A DNA stretch of 64,000 nucleotides from Bacteroidia bacterium (GTDB taxonomy: Bacteria; Bacteroidota; Bacteroidia; M30B66): assembly GCA_965279035.1 (NCBI GenBank), contig OZ257142.1:2336001-2400000 (forward strand), written 5' to 3'. The translations under genes and the position numbers were made by a program. The first letter of the stretch is position 1; every line of letters begins with the position of its first letter. This document shows, in pieces, positions 1-9,901 of this stretch. The notes under the pieces are model-generated. The model was not told the DNA's origin. It saw only the letters and a list, made by a program, of their open reading frames with translations, and ran no database searches.

Positions 1-1
1 T

Positions 2-1321
2 ATTCGGGATACGAATTCAGTTCCAGTAAGTCCATTTCCTAAAATATTAGCCTATAAGTTTGAAGAACAAAAGTCAACGCTGGCTTGGTTTATACATAGT
101 AAACTGAATGCGAAAAGTTCGATTCGCGGAGGCTTTTTTATCACACGATACGGCGAGAACTTATATGATCAAGTGAAAATAATTGGTTTAAAAGATTCAA
201 TTGCGCAATTAGTTACCGACTCGGTTCCATGGAAAGTCCGTGAAAATTATAAAGGCAGTTTTTATATGATTCAGCCGTATATTCAATGGAAATATCGAAT
301 CACCGATTTGCTCACATTAAGCGCTGGTGTTTATAGTCAACACATGTCATTGAATAAGCAAACGACCATTGAACCACGTATCGGATTTAAATGGAATTTT
401 AAGGAAAATCAATCCCTTAATTTAGGAGCTGGATTGCATAGTCAAATGCAACAAACCTATACTTATTTTGCAATCCCCGATTCTATTGCAAATTTGGGTG
501 GAGTTGAAGCGAATACCCAACGCATTCGTGCAAATGAGCAAATGGGCTTGACTAAAAGTTCACATTTGGTTTTGGGTTATGAACGACAGTTTTCTCAGAA
601 TTTTCGAATCAAATTAGAAAGCTATTTTCAAACACTTTGGAATGTCCCTGTGTATGCAGTTTCTTCTGGTATTTCGCTCATTAATTCGGGAGCAACTTTT
701 TCGCGGTTTATGCCTTTGTATAATTTAACAAATACTGGAACCGGAAGAAACTATGGAGTTGAATTAACGGTTGAGAAATTTTTTAGCGATCATTATTTCT
801 TCTTGTTTTCGAGTTCCTTGTATGATTCGAAATACACTGGCAGCAATGGCAAAACATACAACAGCGATTTCAACGGAAATTTCATTTTGAATTTATTGGG
901 TGGAGTGGAATATCCGATTGGGAAAAGCAAGAAAAACACAATTGGAACTAGCACTAAAATTACATACGCTGGTGGACGTAGATATTCGCCTGTAAATATC
1001 GATGCAAGTGCTCGTATTTATGATGTTGTCCCATTGGAAAGCAGCATTAATAGTAAGCAATTCCCGAATTATTTCCGTTGGGATGTACGTTTATCCTATA
1101 AAATAAATAAGAGTCGATTCAAAGTTGTTGCCGATGGAGTGATTGTTCCATTACGCGGAATTACTCATGAATTTGCCGTTGATTTAGTGAATGTACTAAA
1201 CATCCGAAATGTATTGGCTCTCAGTTATTCGCCCGATCCAAAGAATTTAAAAGGCGATCCATTGGTGAAGAATTATCAATTGGGATTTTTGCCTTTGTTC
1301 TATTATAAAATCGATTTTTAA
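2..1321 (+). CDS. TonB-dependent outer-membrane receptor, C-terminal part (5'-truncated by the window edge)
   Basis: Frame is open from position 2. Beta-barrel motifs EPRIGFKW, GRNYGVELTVEK, YFRWDVRLSYK and terminal aromatic YYKIDF. Confidence 0.85.
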   Translation: MRDTNSVPVSPFPKILAYKFEEQKSTLAWFIHSKLNAKSSIRGGFFITRYGENLYDQVKIIGLKDSIAQLVTDSVPWKVRENYKGSFYMIQPYIQWKYRITDLLTLSAGVYSQHMSLNKQTTIEPRIGFKWNFKENQSLNLGAGLHSQMQQTYTYFAIPDSIANLGGVEANTQRIRANEQMGLTKSSHLVLGYERQFSQNFRIKLESYFQTLWNVPVYAVSSGISLINSGATFSRFMPLYNLTNTGTGRNYGVELTVEKFFSDHYFFLFSSSLYDSKYTGSNGKTYNSDFNGNFILNLLGGVEYPIGKSKKNTIGTSTKITYAGGRRYSPVNIDASARIYDVVPLESSINSKQFPNYFRWDVRLSYKINKSRFKVVADGVIVPLRGITHEFAVDLVNVLNIRNVLALSYSPDPKNLKGDPLVKNYQLGFLPLFYYKIDF

Positions 1322-1343
1322 ATTTCCAAAAGAATCGAATGAA

Positions 1344-1718
1344 TTATGAATTACTGATTTTAACTTGCATAAGAAATGCAATTCCTGCAGCTCGTTGTTT
1401 AATTCGTTCGGCCTTTTCGCCTTCAAATAAGCTATCAACTGTAGAATGAAACAAAGAAATCCATCGATTAAAATGCGCTTGGGTGATAAGCTTTTTATCG
1501 TTTATCATCTTATGAATAAGCATAGGATTTCCAGAATAATTAACCGATGCGAATAGCGTATTTTCCCAGAAATCATACATTTTAGGTAAATGTTGCTCCC
1601 AATTAACATGAATTGTATCGGTAAAGAAGCTTGAAATTTCATCATCTACATTAACACGTTCATAAAATAAATTAACCAATTGAATTAAATCCTCCCTATT
1701 TTGAATATCCTGTTTCAT
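1344..1718 (-). CDS. Group III truncated (2/2) hemoglobin
   Basis: DIQNREDLIQLVNLFYERV, WEQHLPKMYDFW, GNPMLIH, HFNRWISLF..TVDSLFEG..AERIKQRA match group III truncated globins. Last gene of the nos operon. Confidence 0.85.
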   Translation of the reverse strand: MKQDIQNREDLIQLVNLFYERVNVDDEISSFFTDTIHVNWEQHLPKMYDFWENTLFASVNYSGNPMLIHKMINDKKLITQAHFNRWISLFHSTVDSLFEGEKAERIKQRAAGIAFLMQVKISNS

Positions 1719-1724
1719 AAAGAA

Positions 1725-2021
1725 TTAACCTTTGATTAGAATACAAACAGAATCCTCTATTGCTTCCAATGAATGCATCACATTCACAGGAATTTCAAGT
1801 TCTTCCAGAGCCTGAACTTCAATTGATAATACTTCCGACCGAAAATACACTTTGCCCTGAATAGGTATTAATAAAGCAGGAACACTTGAAATATGATCCG
1901 GCAAGAATAGACCTTTCTTTAGTCCAATGGCAATTATTCGGTTATGATCATATTTACGAATGATACGTGTAATAACTGTTTGCGAACTCGGTAACATTTT
2001 TATTATCTCCTGAATGATCAT
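1725..2021 (-). CDS. Small cupin-fold protein
   Basis: LPDH...PALL...GKV and IP.NVMHSLEA.EDS cupin-like motifs. Start overlaps the nosY stop (ATGA). Confidence 0.65.
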   Translation of the reverse strand: MIIQEIIKMLPSSQTVITRIIRKYDHNRIIAIGLKKGLFLPDHISSVPALLIPIQGKVYFRSEVLSIEVQALEELEIPVNVMHSLEAIEDSVCILIKG

Positions 2022-2785
2022 AAATCTCGGCGTTTAAAAATTCGTAATGAGAACAAAAAAGGTATAAGAATCCAAAGTAGCAATAAAGAAAAAGAGCAAA
2101 TCAATCCCTTCGTTGTACCAAAAATATCTTTGAAAATAGCACCAGTATAACCCATCATAGCCGAAACATCCAATTGAAGTAAAATGAGTATTCGCGCTAA
2201 ATCTATTGGGCTAGATGCAGTCAATCCAACCATCAATTTTTCTATTGGATAATCAGCAAACTGAAACAATAAAAACAATACAATTCCATCAAACAATAAG
2301 GCAAAATACAACCACAATAAAACCGAGATGCCTATTCCTCTAGCTTTATCTCTAGTCACAATGGAACTGAAAAAAGCAATAGAAACAAAAACACCAGAAA
2401 TAATAATTCCAATTGAAATCATCATGACTGCCAAATCAATCGGAACAAATATCAGAATTGGAATTCCGGCACCAAGAATAAATGCCAGGATGAAACTGAT
2501 TAATAGTCCTGTAAATAAACTAATCCAGATTTTCTTTCTTTGGATTGGTTGACTTAAAAGTAATTCAATAAACTCAGTACAGTTATAAATATAAATAGTT
2601 GAAAATAATATAGAAACAAGAGGTACCGTTAATAAAATAATATTTAACATAGTTAGAATTCCCTTTGTACTTGTGTCTTCCAAAGAGAATACAGACCAAG
2701 AAAATAATGCTAATAAGACTGTATATGAAATAACAATTTTATTTTTTAAAATATCGAGTAATATAAATTTAACCAATTGCTTCAT
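2018..2785 (-). CDS. nosY: NosY, ABC transporter permease for N2O reductase maturation
   Basis: Multi-TM protein with EFIELLLSQP and SPIDLARI motifs. Follows nosD-nosF. Confidence 0.88.
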   Translation of the reverse strand: MKQLVKFILLDILKNKIVISYTVLLALFSWSVFSLEDTSTKGILTMLNIILLTVPLVSILFSTIYIYNCTEFIELLLSQPIQRKKIWISLFTGLLISFILAFILGAGIPILIFVPIDLAVMMISIGIIISGVFVSIAFFSSIVTRDKARGIGISVLLWLYFALLFDGIVLFLLFQFADYPIEKLMVGLTASSPIDLARILILLQLDVSAMMGYTGAIFKDIFGTTKGLICSFSLLLLWILIPFLFSLRIFKRRDL

Positions 2786-3491
2786 AACTTCTAATTTTCA
2801 GAATCTGAGAAATAGCGCGAGAAACACGAGTAACTCCAGTTTCAGAATTAAGGTCAGCAACATTTTTATGGAAAACGATTTCTCCGTCTTGCATATATAT
2901 TACTTGAGTAATTAACTCATCTAATTCGTCCAATAAATGTGACGTAATTAATATCAACTTTCCATTCTTCTTCTCTTGTACTATTTTATCTTTAAGTATT
3001 TCTGCGGATAGTGGATCCAATCCAGCAGTTGGTTCATCCAAAATCAAAATCTGAGGATTAAATAAAAATGCAAGTGTAGCACTAACCTTTTGTGTTGTTC
3101 CCCCACTTAACGTGTGCATTCTCTTATCATACATTTCTGTCAATGAAAACTTTTCGAGTAATTCAGTATCGCATTTTTTTACATCTTTTCGAATCGTCTG
3201 AATCATCGATATAACTTGTCCAATAGTCATATTCTGAGGATAACGTCCTATTTGAGGCATATATCCAATTTGTTTCCGATACTCAAATTGATTATGTATT
3301 GAATTACCTAAAACAAGGATTTCACCAGAATCGGGCAAAACCATACCTAATATTGATTTGATTAAGGTCGTTTTTCCACATCCATTTGGACCAATTAAAG
3401 CGATACACTCACCCTTTTGAAAATGGGCATTCACTCCTTTTAATGCTTGAAGTTTACCAAAATGCTTATTAACACCAATCAATTCAATCAT
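2769..3491 (-). CDS. nosF: NosF, ABC transporter ATP-binding subunit
   Basis: Walker A GPNGCGKT, LSGG signature, ILDEPT Walker B. Lies between nosD and nosY. Confidence 0.9.
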   Translation of the reverse strand: MIELIGVNKHFGKLQALKGVNAHFQKGECIALIGPNGCGKTTLIKSILGMVLPDSGEILVLGNSIHNQFEYRKQIGYMPQIGRYPQNMTIGQVISMIQTIRKDVKKCDTELLEKFSLTEMYDKRMHTLSGGTTQKVSATLAFLFNPQILILDEPTAGLDPLSAEILKDKIVQEKKNGKLILITSHLLDELDELITQVIYMQDGEIVFHKNVADLNSETGVTRVSRAISQILKIRSYEAIG

Positions 3492-4725
3492 AATGTATGG
3501 CCCTCATTCTTGGTTGTAAATCAATAAAATTATCGGGTGTTAAACTTGGTATCATCTTCTCAGAACGATCTAATAAAGTCGTTATAAAACTTCTAAATAG
3601 TAACATGGTAGAAGGATTCTGTTCAACAATTACAGAAAATAAACTCAGAGGATGATATGGAATATCACCTGTTCCATTTCGATCTAAATCATAGCCTTCA
3701 TATTTATCCCAATAATTAGATGAAAATGTATTTAACATCAATGATCCATTAGTCCCTACATCGAATGTATTTCCCAAGTAATTATTATTTGAAATAGTAT
3801 TATCCATACAACTTGCTTGAATCTTCATTGCCCATCCATTGGAAATAAATCGATTCTTGTTGACTTCTATCCGATTTGTACCATCCATAAAAATCCCTAT
3901 AGTATTGGCATTAAATATATTTCCATAGATATAAGCATCCGAAATTTCCTTTAATAATAAACCATAAGCGGCATCACCCCAATTATCTTCGAAATGATTA
4001 TTAAACATCTTAACATGCTTAGTAAACATGACCGCTACTCCAGAACCATTGTTTCTAAAATAATTCGTTATGTATGCATCATCATTGGAAAACATGAAAT
4101 GCAAGCCATATCGCACATTGTCATAGGATATATTTCTCCAAATAATAGAATGTGTTACAAATTCAAAATATATCCCATCTCGATTTCCCGAAATATCATT
4201 TCCAATTATTTGCAAGCTGTCGCTTTTCCAACAATGAATACCATTTCCAATTTGCTCTTCTTGTTTACCAAATGCAACAATTCGATTATTTTTAATTAAG
4301 CAGTTTCGACTATATTGGATGTATATACCAAAAAAATTATCAATTAATTCATTATTGCAAATAGTCACATGATGACTATCATAAACTTTTATTCCACCGG
4401 GGTCATCTAAAGTGGCGTAACCCGAATGTTGAATGCGCAATCCTTGAATAGTCACATACGATGATTTGATTGAAAGTACCTCATACTTTCTATGCCCGTC
4501 TAATATGGGCATTCCCAAACCTTGAATTGTTAATGGTTTTGCTATTAGAATATTGCCTTCTTGATAAAATCCTTTTTCTATGATAATTGTATCATATGGT
4601 TGAGCATAGAGAATAGCTGGCTTTATTTGTTTAAAAACCTCCTGCTTACCAACATGAATTATCTTGGCTTCGGTGTGATTTAAAAATGAAAAATAAACCA
4701 GAAAAAATGAGAATAAATTCCTCAT
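3484..4725 (-). CDS. nosD: NosD, periplasmic beta-helix maturation protein
   Basis: Signal peptide, parallel beta-helix repeats, GNGIHCW, RDGIY, RYGLHFMFS and NYWDKYEGYDLDRNGTGD motifs. Confidence 0.93.
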   Translation of the reverse strand: MRNLFSFFLVYFSFLNHTEAKIIHVGKQEVFKQIKPAILYAQPYDTIIIEKGFYQEGNILIAKPLTIQGLGMPILDGHRKYEVLSIKSSYVTIQGLRIQHSGYATLDDPGGIKVYDSHHVTICNNELIDNFFGIYIQYSRNCLIKNNRIVAFGKQEEQIGNGIHCWKSDSLQIIGNDISGNRDGIYFEFVTHSIIWRNISYDNVRYGLHFMFSNDDAYITNYFRNNGSGVAVMFTKHVKMFNNHFEDNWGDAAYGLLLKEISDAYIYGNIFNANTIGIFMDGTNRIEVNKNRFISNGWAMKIQASCMDNTISNNNYLGNTFDVGTNGSLMLNTFSSNYWDKYEGYDLDRNGTGDIPYHPLSLFSVIVEQNPSTMLLFRSFITTLLDRSEKMIPSLTPDNFIDLQPRMRAIHYD

Positions 4726-4726
4726 A

Positions 4727-5737
4727 TCAATTCTGAATAGTTTTCCAATCAGATATAACTCCTTCTAGATTTGAATTCATCGTCTCTGCTGCATCTTTAG
4801 TAGAAAATGCAGCAAAATTTCCCCCCATTGGACTATTGAGTTTACTAGATGAAATATAATAAGCTGATTCTGCTGGTATGAGCGTATTGACAGTAGCGAA
4901 ATCATGAACAAAGAATGATTTATACTCCATTTTTATATTGGATGATTTAAAACGAATTAAACAACCCATATCATCAAACTTATAAACTCGTCCTTTGTCT
5001 GTGATTAGTTCTGCACCAAATCGTCCATCAGAAATGGTCATCTTACAAAATTCGCATGCATCTGAATTTAGTTGGATTGGCTCTGGACTACCATTTCCGC
5101 ATGAACTTAGAAAAAGAATGAATAACATTGGAATAAGGGAACTGGTTCTTTTTTTCAAAAACCGAATTAGATTATTCTCAATAAAGACAGTAATAAACAT
5201 GAGTAAACCACTGCCAATAAATAACCATCCTCCAATATCGGGAATTGAATAAGCACCAAAATTAAGCAGCACTTTATATCCAATTAATGGAGGTTGATAG
5301 GACATTCCAGGGACTTGAATTGCGGCATTGGGATCCAAATTGTGTCCATAATTATATTCCCAACGCCAAAAATCAATCATGGCAATTATCCCAAAAATGA
5401 CAAAGGCAATAAATAGGTAATTTAATAATCGTCGCTTTCCAAGTAAGCCAGTTAAGAAAGCAAATCCGACAAAAAAACATATGATATAAGGTAGAATAGT
5501 AAACTCAATAAAATTCTCAGCATGTAATGTTTGCATTCCGATATAATGATTTAAGCCATTTATGATATCAACATTTCCGCCTAATGCATTACTGTAGATA
5601 AGCATTACTAAGCCTTCTGGATATTGTGGTGCAGAAAGTTCTATTCGCCAAATAGGCAAAAAGATTGAGAACATTAATAATATGGATGAAATAATTAATA
5701 ATAAGCGTGATATGGAAGAAATTTTAATGCTTTTCAT
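4727..5737 (-). CDS. nosL: Fusion of a NosB-like membrane domain and a NosL copper chaperone
   Basis: N-terminal W.I.L.APQYPEGL / INGLNHYIGM / YGHNLDP.A.I membrane domain. C-terminal C..C.M.I.D, FDD.GC and SPMGG NosL motifs. Confidence 0.85.
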   Translation of the reverse strand: MKSIKISSISRLLLIISSILLMFSIFLPIWRIELSAPQYPEGLVMLIYSNALGGNVDIINGLNHYIGMQTLHAENFIEFTILPYIICFFVGFAFLTGLLGKRRLLNYLFIAFVIFGIIAMIDFWRWEYNYGHNLDPNAAIQVPGMSYQPPLIGYKVLLNFGAYSIPDIGGWLFIGSGLLMFITVFIENNLIRFLKKRTSSLIPMLFILFLSSCGNGSPEPIQLNSDACEFCKMTISDGRFGAELITDKGRVYKFDDMGCLIRFKSSNIKMEYKSFFVHDFATVNTLIPAESAYYISSSKLNSPMGGNFAAFSTKDAAETMNSNLEGVISDWKTIQN

Positions 5738-5752
5738 ATCTAATTATTTTAA

Positions 5753-5779
5753 AGAGCAGCATGAATATCATGCTGCTCT
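5753..5779 (-). terminator. 12-bp stem-loop after nosZ (weak terminator or mRNA-stabilising hairpin)
   Basis: AGAGCAGCATGA-ata-TCATGCTGCTCT perfect inverted repeat with only a short U-run on the minus strand. Confidence 0.6.
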
Positions 5780-5803
5780 CAAGCTGAATCACAACACACC
5801 AAT

Positions 5804-7783
5804 TTATTTAACCGGATCTGGAATTGATTTACCCAGACTGAATGAAATAGGCACATTACTATTTGCAGGTGATACTCGAACATATCCTTGCATTTCCTGG
5901 TGAAGAGCGCTACAGAAATCAGTACAATACATTGGGAAAATACCTACTTTATCTGGTACCCATTTTAATGTACATGTTTCGCCTGGCATGATTAATAATT
6001 CTGCATTTGAAGCTCCTTTGATTGCAAATCCATGAGGAACATCCCAATCTTGTTCAAGGTTCGTTACATGAAAATAAACTTCATCACCCATTTTAATTCC
6101 TTCAATGTTATCTGGTGAAAAATGCGAACGTATAGAAGTCATATAAACATGTACAGTTTTACCCTGGCGAACTACCTTGGATTCCCCTTCTCCCTTCGTC
6201 ACATAAGGATTTTTATTATCTGCTATTTTAAAAATCTTAACCTGGTTTTTAGTGAATAAATCGGCAGGTGCAGCTTGTGCATAATGTGGTTCTCCAATTG
6301 TTGGAAAATCCAATATCATTTGCATCTTATCTCCGCTTATATCATATAATTGAGCACTTTGAGCTAACTCAGGTCCTGTTGGCAAGTAGCGATCTTTCGT
6401 AATTTTATTATAGGCAATCAAATATTTACCATAAGGTTTGCGTGTGTTTCCTCCTGGTACACATAAGTGTCCAACAGAATAATACGTTGGAACACGATCT
6501 AAAACTTTTAAATCCTTGATATTCCATTTAACCACTTCGGATGAAACAAAAAAGGAAGTATACGCATTTCCATTTGCATCAAACTCAGTATGTAAAGGAC
6601 CTAAACCAGGTTTCTTCACTTCACCATACAATGCAGCTTCATATTTAATTACAGGAATTCCTTCGTATTCTCCATCAAATGCTTTACTCTGAATTGCCTG
6701 TTGAATTTTATCAAAACTAAAAACTGGAATTAATGCAGCTAATTTTCCACTTCCAACAATATATTCTCCCGTTGGATCCACATCACATCCGTGGGGCGAT
6801 TTAGGACATGGAATAAAATAACAGATATCCTTCAATTTTGATACATCCAATACTGTAACATCAGTCAAAATATCAGATGTAGCCATTTGTGTGCTTTCAT
6901 TATACAGATTATGAGCATAGCGAACAGATTGTTTTTCACCTTGTCCAGCACGTAAATATTCTTCTGCTTTTTTCCAATTAACTGCAAGAATGAAATCTTT
7001 ATCCTTTTGTGATGCATTTACTTCTAATAAAGTACTAGCCTGCTCTGTATTGTAGCATGAAAAGAAAAACCATCCATGTGATTTCGCTTTACCACATCTA
7101 GCCAAATCAAAATTAACTCCTGGCGTTCTTAATTGAAACGCAATTTTCATATTCCCATTCTCCTTATCCACACTCACAAAACTTATATGTCCTTTAAAAT
7201 TTTGCTTATATGAATTAATTGGAACATCTCCATTTGCATTATCTGAAGGAACACTAAAACGTGTACCTGCAACAATATATTCAGAATTCTCTGTCCCGAA
7301 TGGAGAACTATGATTCCCGCCACTATTAGGTAATTCAAGAATTTCAGCTGTGCGAAATGTTTTAAGATCTATGCGAGCTAAGCGAGGTGTATTATTCGCA
7401 TTAACAAATACCCATTTACCATTAACTTCTCCCGATGTTTGAGATAATTCCACATGATGTAAATCATCCCAAGGAACAAAACCATGAGAGGTATTTAACA
7501 TCGGTTTTGTTTCTTCACTATATCCCCAACCTTTTTCAGGATCAACAGAAAAAACAGGAATTACTCGTAATAATCTTGCGCTTGGTAGTCCATATACGCT
7601 CAGTTGTCCGCTAAATCCTCCGGATACAAAATTGTAAAATTCATCGTATTTACCAGGAGCAACATATGTTTTTGTAGCAGCATCACCACTTACAGCATTT
7701 GATGTACTCTTAGGTTTGCATGATATTATCGCTGAGGCTAGAGCAAGCGAAGCCAGCGACAGTTTTAAAAACGTCGTTTTCAT
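5804..7783 (-). CDS. nosZ: Clade II (Sec-dependent) nitrous oxide reductase, lipoprotein
   Basis: Lipobox IISC and no twin-arginine motif. CuZ His motifs DLHH, GNH, PHG, GPLH, VGH, EPH. CuA motif HGF...CTDFCSALHQEM. No C-terminal cytochrome c domain. Confidence 0.97.
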   Translation of the reverse strand: MKTTFLKLSLASLALASAIISCKPKSTSNAVSGDAATKTYVAPGKYDEFYNFVSGGFSGQLSVYGLPSARLLRVIPVFSVDPEKGWGYSEETKPMLNTSHGFVPWDDLHHVELSQTSGEVNGKWVFVNANNTPRLARIDLKTFRTAEILELPNSGGNHSSPFGTENSEYIVAGTRFSVPSDNANGDVPINSYKQNFKGHISFVSVDKENGNMKIAFQLRTPGVNFDLARCGKAKSHGWFFFSCYNTEQASTLLEVNASQKDKDFILAVNWKKAEEYLRAGQGEKQSVRYAHNLYNESTQMATSDILTDVTVLDVSKLKDICYFIPCPKSPHGCDVDPTGEYIVGSGKLAALIPVFSFDKIQQAIQSKAFDGEYEGIPVIKYEAALYGEVKKPGLGPLHTEFDANGNAYTSFFVSSEVVKWNIKDLKVLDRVPTYYSVGHLCVPGGNTRKPYGKYLIAYNKITKDRYLPTGPELAQSAQLYDISGDKMQMILDFPTIGEPHYAQAAPADLFTKNQVKIFKIADNKNPYVTKGEGESKVVRQGKTVHVYMTSIRSHFSPDNIEGIKMGDEVYFHVTNLEQDWDVPHGFAIKGASNAELLIMPGETCTLKWVPDKVGIFPMYCTDFCSALHQEMQGYVRVSPANSNVPISFSLGKSIPDPVK

Positions 7784-7814
7784 AGTTATGTAGTTTCAGA
7801 TTATTAGGAGGAGT

Positions 7815-8309
7815 TTATTTTACCCCGTCATTTTTTCTCATGAATTCCAATAGCTGTCGAGCTTCATCAGCATTTAGGTTTTGATTCGGCATTCGAACTA
7901 AACACAATTCCAATTGAGCTTGTACAACCGGATCTTTATTAATCATTGGATCTGGATTCGTAATAAAATTCATAATCCAATAAGGAGTATGACGAGAAGT
8001 AACACCTTTCCATCCTGGCCCAACTAACTTTTCTTCAGTAAGTTTGTGACACGATGAACATTTAACTCCAAAATTATTTTCTCCAGCACTTGCAAGGGTT
8101 TTATCTAATTGATCAGCAATTTTTACATTATCTGGAGAGAATTCACCTTCTCCGCGTTTGGGATCATATTCTTCTGCATCAGATTTTCCTGATTCATTCA
8201 CTTTAGATGTATCTGTCACAGGTGATTTTGATTCCGTTCCTCCACCACATCGGGAGAAAAATAGAGATACCGTTAAAATAAATACTAAAATAGGGAAGGG
8301 CTTTTTCAT
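7815..8309 (-). CDS. Monoheme cytochrome c lipoprotein, probable NosZ electron donor
   Basis: CSSCH heme motif, VGP and MPNQ axial Met, signal MKKPF...FSRC. ATG at 8309 is preferred over the TTG at 8339. Confidence 0.88.
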   Translation of the reverse strand: MKKPFPILVFILTVSLFFSRCGGGTESKSPVTDTSKVNESGKSDAEEYDPKRGEGEFSPDNVKIADQLDKTLASAGENNFGVKCSSCHKLTEEKLVGPGWKGVTSRHTPYWIMNFITNPDPMINKDPVVQAQLELCLVRMPNQNLNADEARQLLEFMRKNDGVK

Positions 8310-8364
8310 AGGTTCTTTTTGATTTTCTAACAGGGCCAAATTAGAGACATCGCTTACTTGAGAA

Positions 8365-8382
8365 TTATGATTGCAGTCATAA
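8365..8382. promoter_or_regulatory. Crp/Fnr-type operator 1 (TTATGA-N6-TCATAA)
   Basis: Perfect 6-6-6 palindrome TTATGA ttgcag TCATAA upstream of the cytochrome c-nosZ operon. Confidence 0.7.
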
Positions 8383-8387
8383 ACTTA

Positions 8388-8405
8388 TTATGATAAATGT
8401 CATAG
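8388..8405. promoter_or_regulatory. Crp/Fnr-type operator 2
   Basis: TTATGA taaatg TCATAG, centred 23 bp from operator 1. Confidence 0.6.
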
Positions 8406-8458
8406 TTTAAGCGAATTGCTTGAATTTCATTTGTCGATTGAGAAAACGAATAGCCGCA

Positions 8459-9844
8459 ATGGAAAACAAAAAGCAAAGGGTACTCGCAGAACCATTCAGA
8501 ATAAAGATGGTTGAGCCGCTTAAAATCACAACAGAAGAATACAGATTAGAAGCGTTGAAAAAAGCAGGATACAATCCATTTTTACTTAGAGCAGAAGATG
8601 TATTTATTGATTTATTAACTGATAGTGGTACAGGTGCCATGAGTGATAATCAATGGGCAGGTATTATGATGGGTGATGAAAGCTATGCCGGTGCGAAAAG
8701 TTGGGAACATTTGGAAGCTGTTGTAAAAGAATTAACAGGCATGCCTTATATTTTACCAACCCACCAAGGTCGTGCAGCTGAACGCATTTTGTATGGTATT
8801 TTAGGTGGAAAAGACAAGATATTTTTAAGTAATACCCATTTCGATACAACACGTGCAAACATCGAATTTACAGGTGCTACTGCGATTGATGTTATGCCGC
8901 ACAATGCAAACGATCCTGAAATCTATATGCCTTTTAAAGGAAATATCGATATCAGTAAAGTAGCCACACTCATTGAAGAACACGGTCGCGAACATATTGG
9001 GGCAATTATTATTACCGTGACGAATAACTCAGCTGGTGGACAACCCGTGAGTATGGAAAACGTAAAAGCATTGCGAGTGATTTGCGATGAATGCCATATT
9101 CCACTTGTCATTGATGGCTGTCGCATTGCAGAAAATAGCTATTTCGTTAAACACCGTGAAGAAGGTTATGCGGATAAAACCTATGAAGAAATTGCAAAAG
9201 AAATGCTTCGTTTAGGTGATGCATTTATTATGAGTGCTAAGAAAGATGGCTTAGTAAATATAGGTGGTTTATTAACTTTAAGGGATGAAGCCCTATCGTT
9301 AAAATGCAAAAATCTACTTATCATTTCTGAGGGCTTTACTACGTATGGTGGATTAGCTGGGCGTGATATGGAAGCACTTTCAATTGGTTTAAAAGAAGTG
9401 TTTGATGCCGATTATCTTCACTATCGAATTCGAAGTACAGCTTATTTAGGTGAGCATCTAAAAGCCAAAGGAATTCCTGTTGTTTGGCCAATTGGTGGAC
9501 ATGCAGTATACATAGATGCTAAGAAACTATATCCCAATATTCCATTAGAAGAATATCCTGGACAGGCTTTAGTGTGTGATTTATACATTAAAGGTGGAAT
9601 TCGCTGTGTGGAAGTTGGAAGTGTTATGTTTGGTAAATACGATGAAAATGGAAAGTTAATTCCTGCTGCAAATGAATTAGTGCGTTTAGCTATTCCCAGA
9701 CGAGTTTATACCCAAAGTCACATTGATTATGTCTTAGAAATATTTGATGATATTCTCGAATTACGTGATCAAAAAAGAGGATACAAAATCACGTATGAGC
9801 CACCCTTCTTAAGGCATTTTACTGCAAAGTTTGATAAGTTGTAA
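8459..9844 (+). CDS. tnaA: Tryptophanase (PLP-dependent beta-eliminating lyase)
   Basis: EPFRIKMVE, DLLTDSGT, HQGRAAE, PLP lysine in SAKKD. VEVGS and LRHFTA favour tryptophanase over tyrosine phenol-lyase (MERG, LRFFTA). ATG at 8459. Confidence 0.88.
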   Translation: MENKKQRVLAEPFRIKMVEPLKITTEEYRLEALKKAGYNPFLLRAEDVFIDLLTDSGTGAMSDNQWAGIMMGDESYAGAKSWEHLEAVVKELTGMPYILPTHQGRAAERILYGILGGKDKIFLSNTHFDTTRANIEFTGATAIDVMPHNANDPEIYMPFKGNIDISKVATLIEEHGREHIGAIIITVTNNSAGGQPVSMENVKALRVICDECHIPLVIDGCRIAENSYFVKHREEGYADKTYEEIAKEMLRLGDAFIMSAKKDGLVNIGGLLTLRDEALSLKCKNLLIISEGFTTYGGLAGRDMEALSIGLKEVFDADYLHYRIRSTAYLGEHLKAKGIPVVWPIGGHAVYIDAKKLYPNIPLEEYPGQALVCDLYIKGGIRCVEVGSVMFGKYDENGKLIPAANELVRLAIPRRVYTQSHIDYVLEIFDDILELRDQKRGYKITYEPPFLRHFTAKFDKL

Positions 9845-9861
9845 TAATTGAATTAAAAATA

Positions 9862-9890
9862 AAAAAGGTTAGCATTATGCTAACCTTTTT
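9862..9890. terminator. Bidirectional intrinsic terminator between tnaA and the fasciclin gene
   Basis: AAAAAGGTTAGCA-tta-TGCTAACCTTTTT between convergent genes. Confidence 0.85.
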
Positions 9891-9901
9891 ATTCAATTAA
9901 A

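Noticed and set aside
8459-9844. Tyrosine phenol-lyase assignment
   Set aside because: SAKKD, VEVGS and LRHFTA match tryptophanase rather than TPL.
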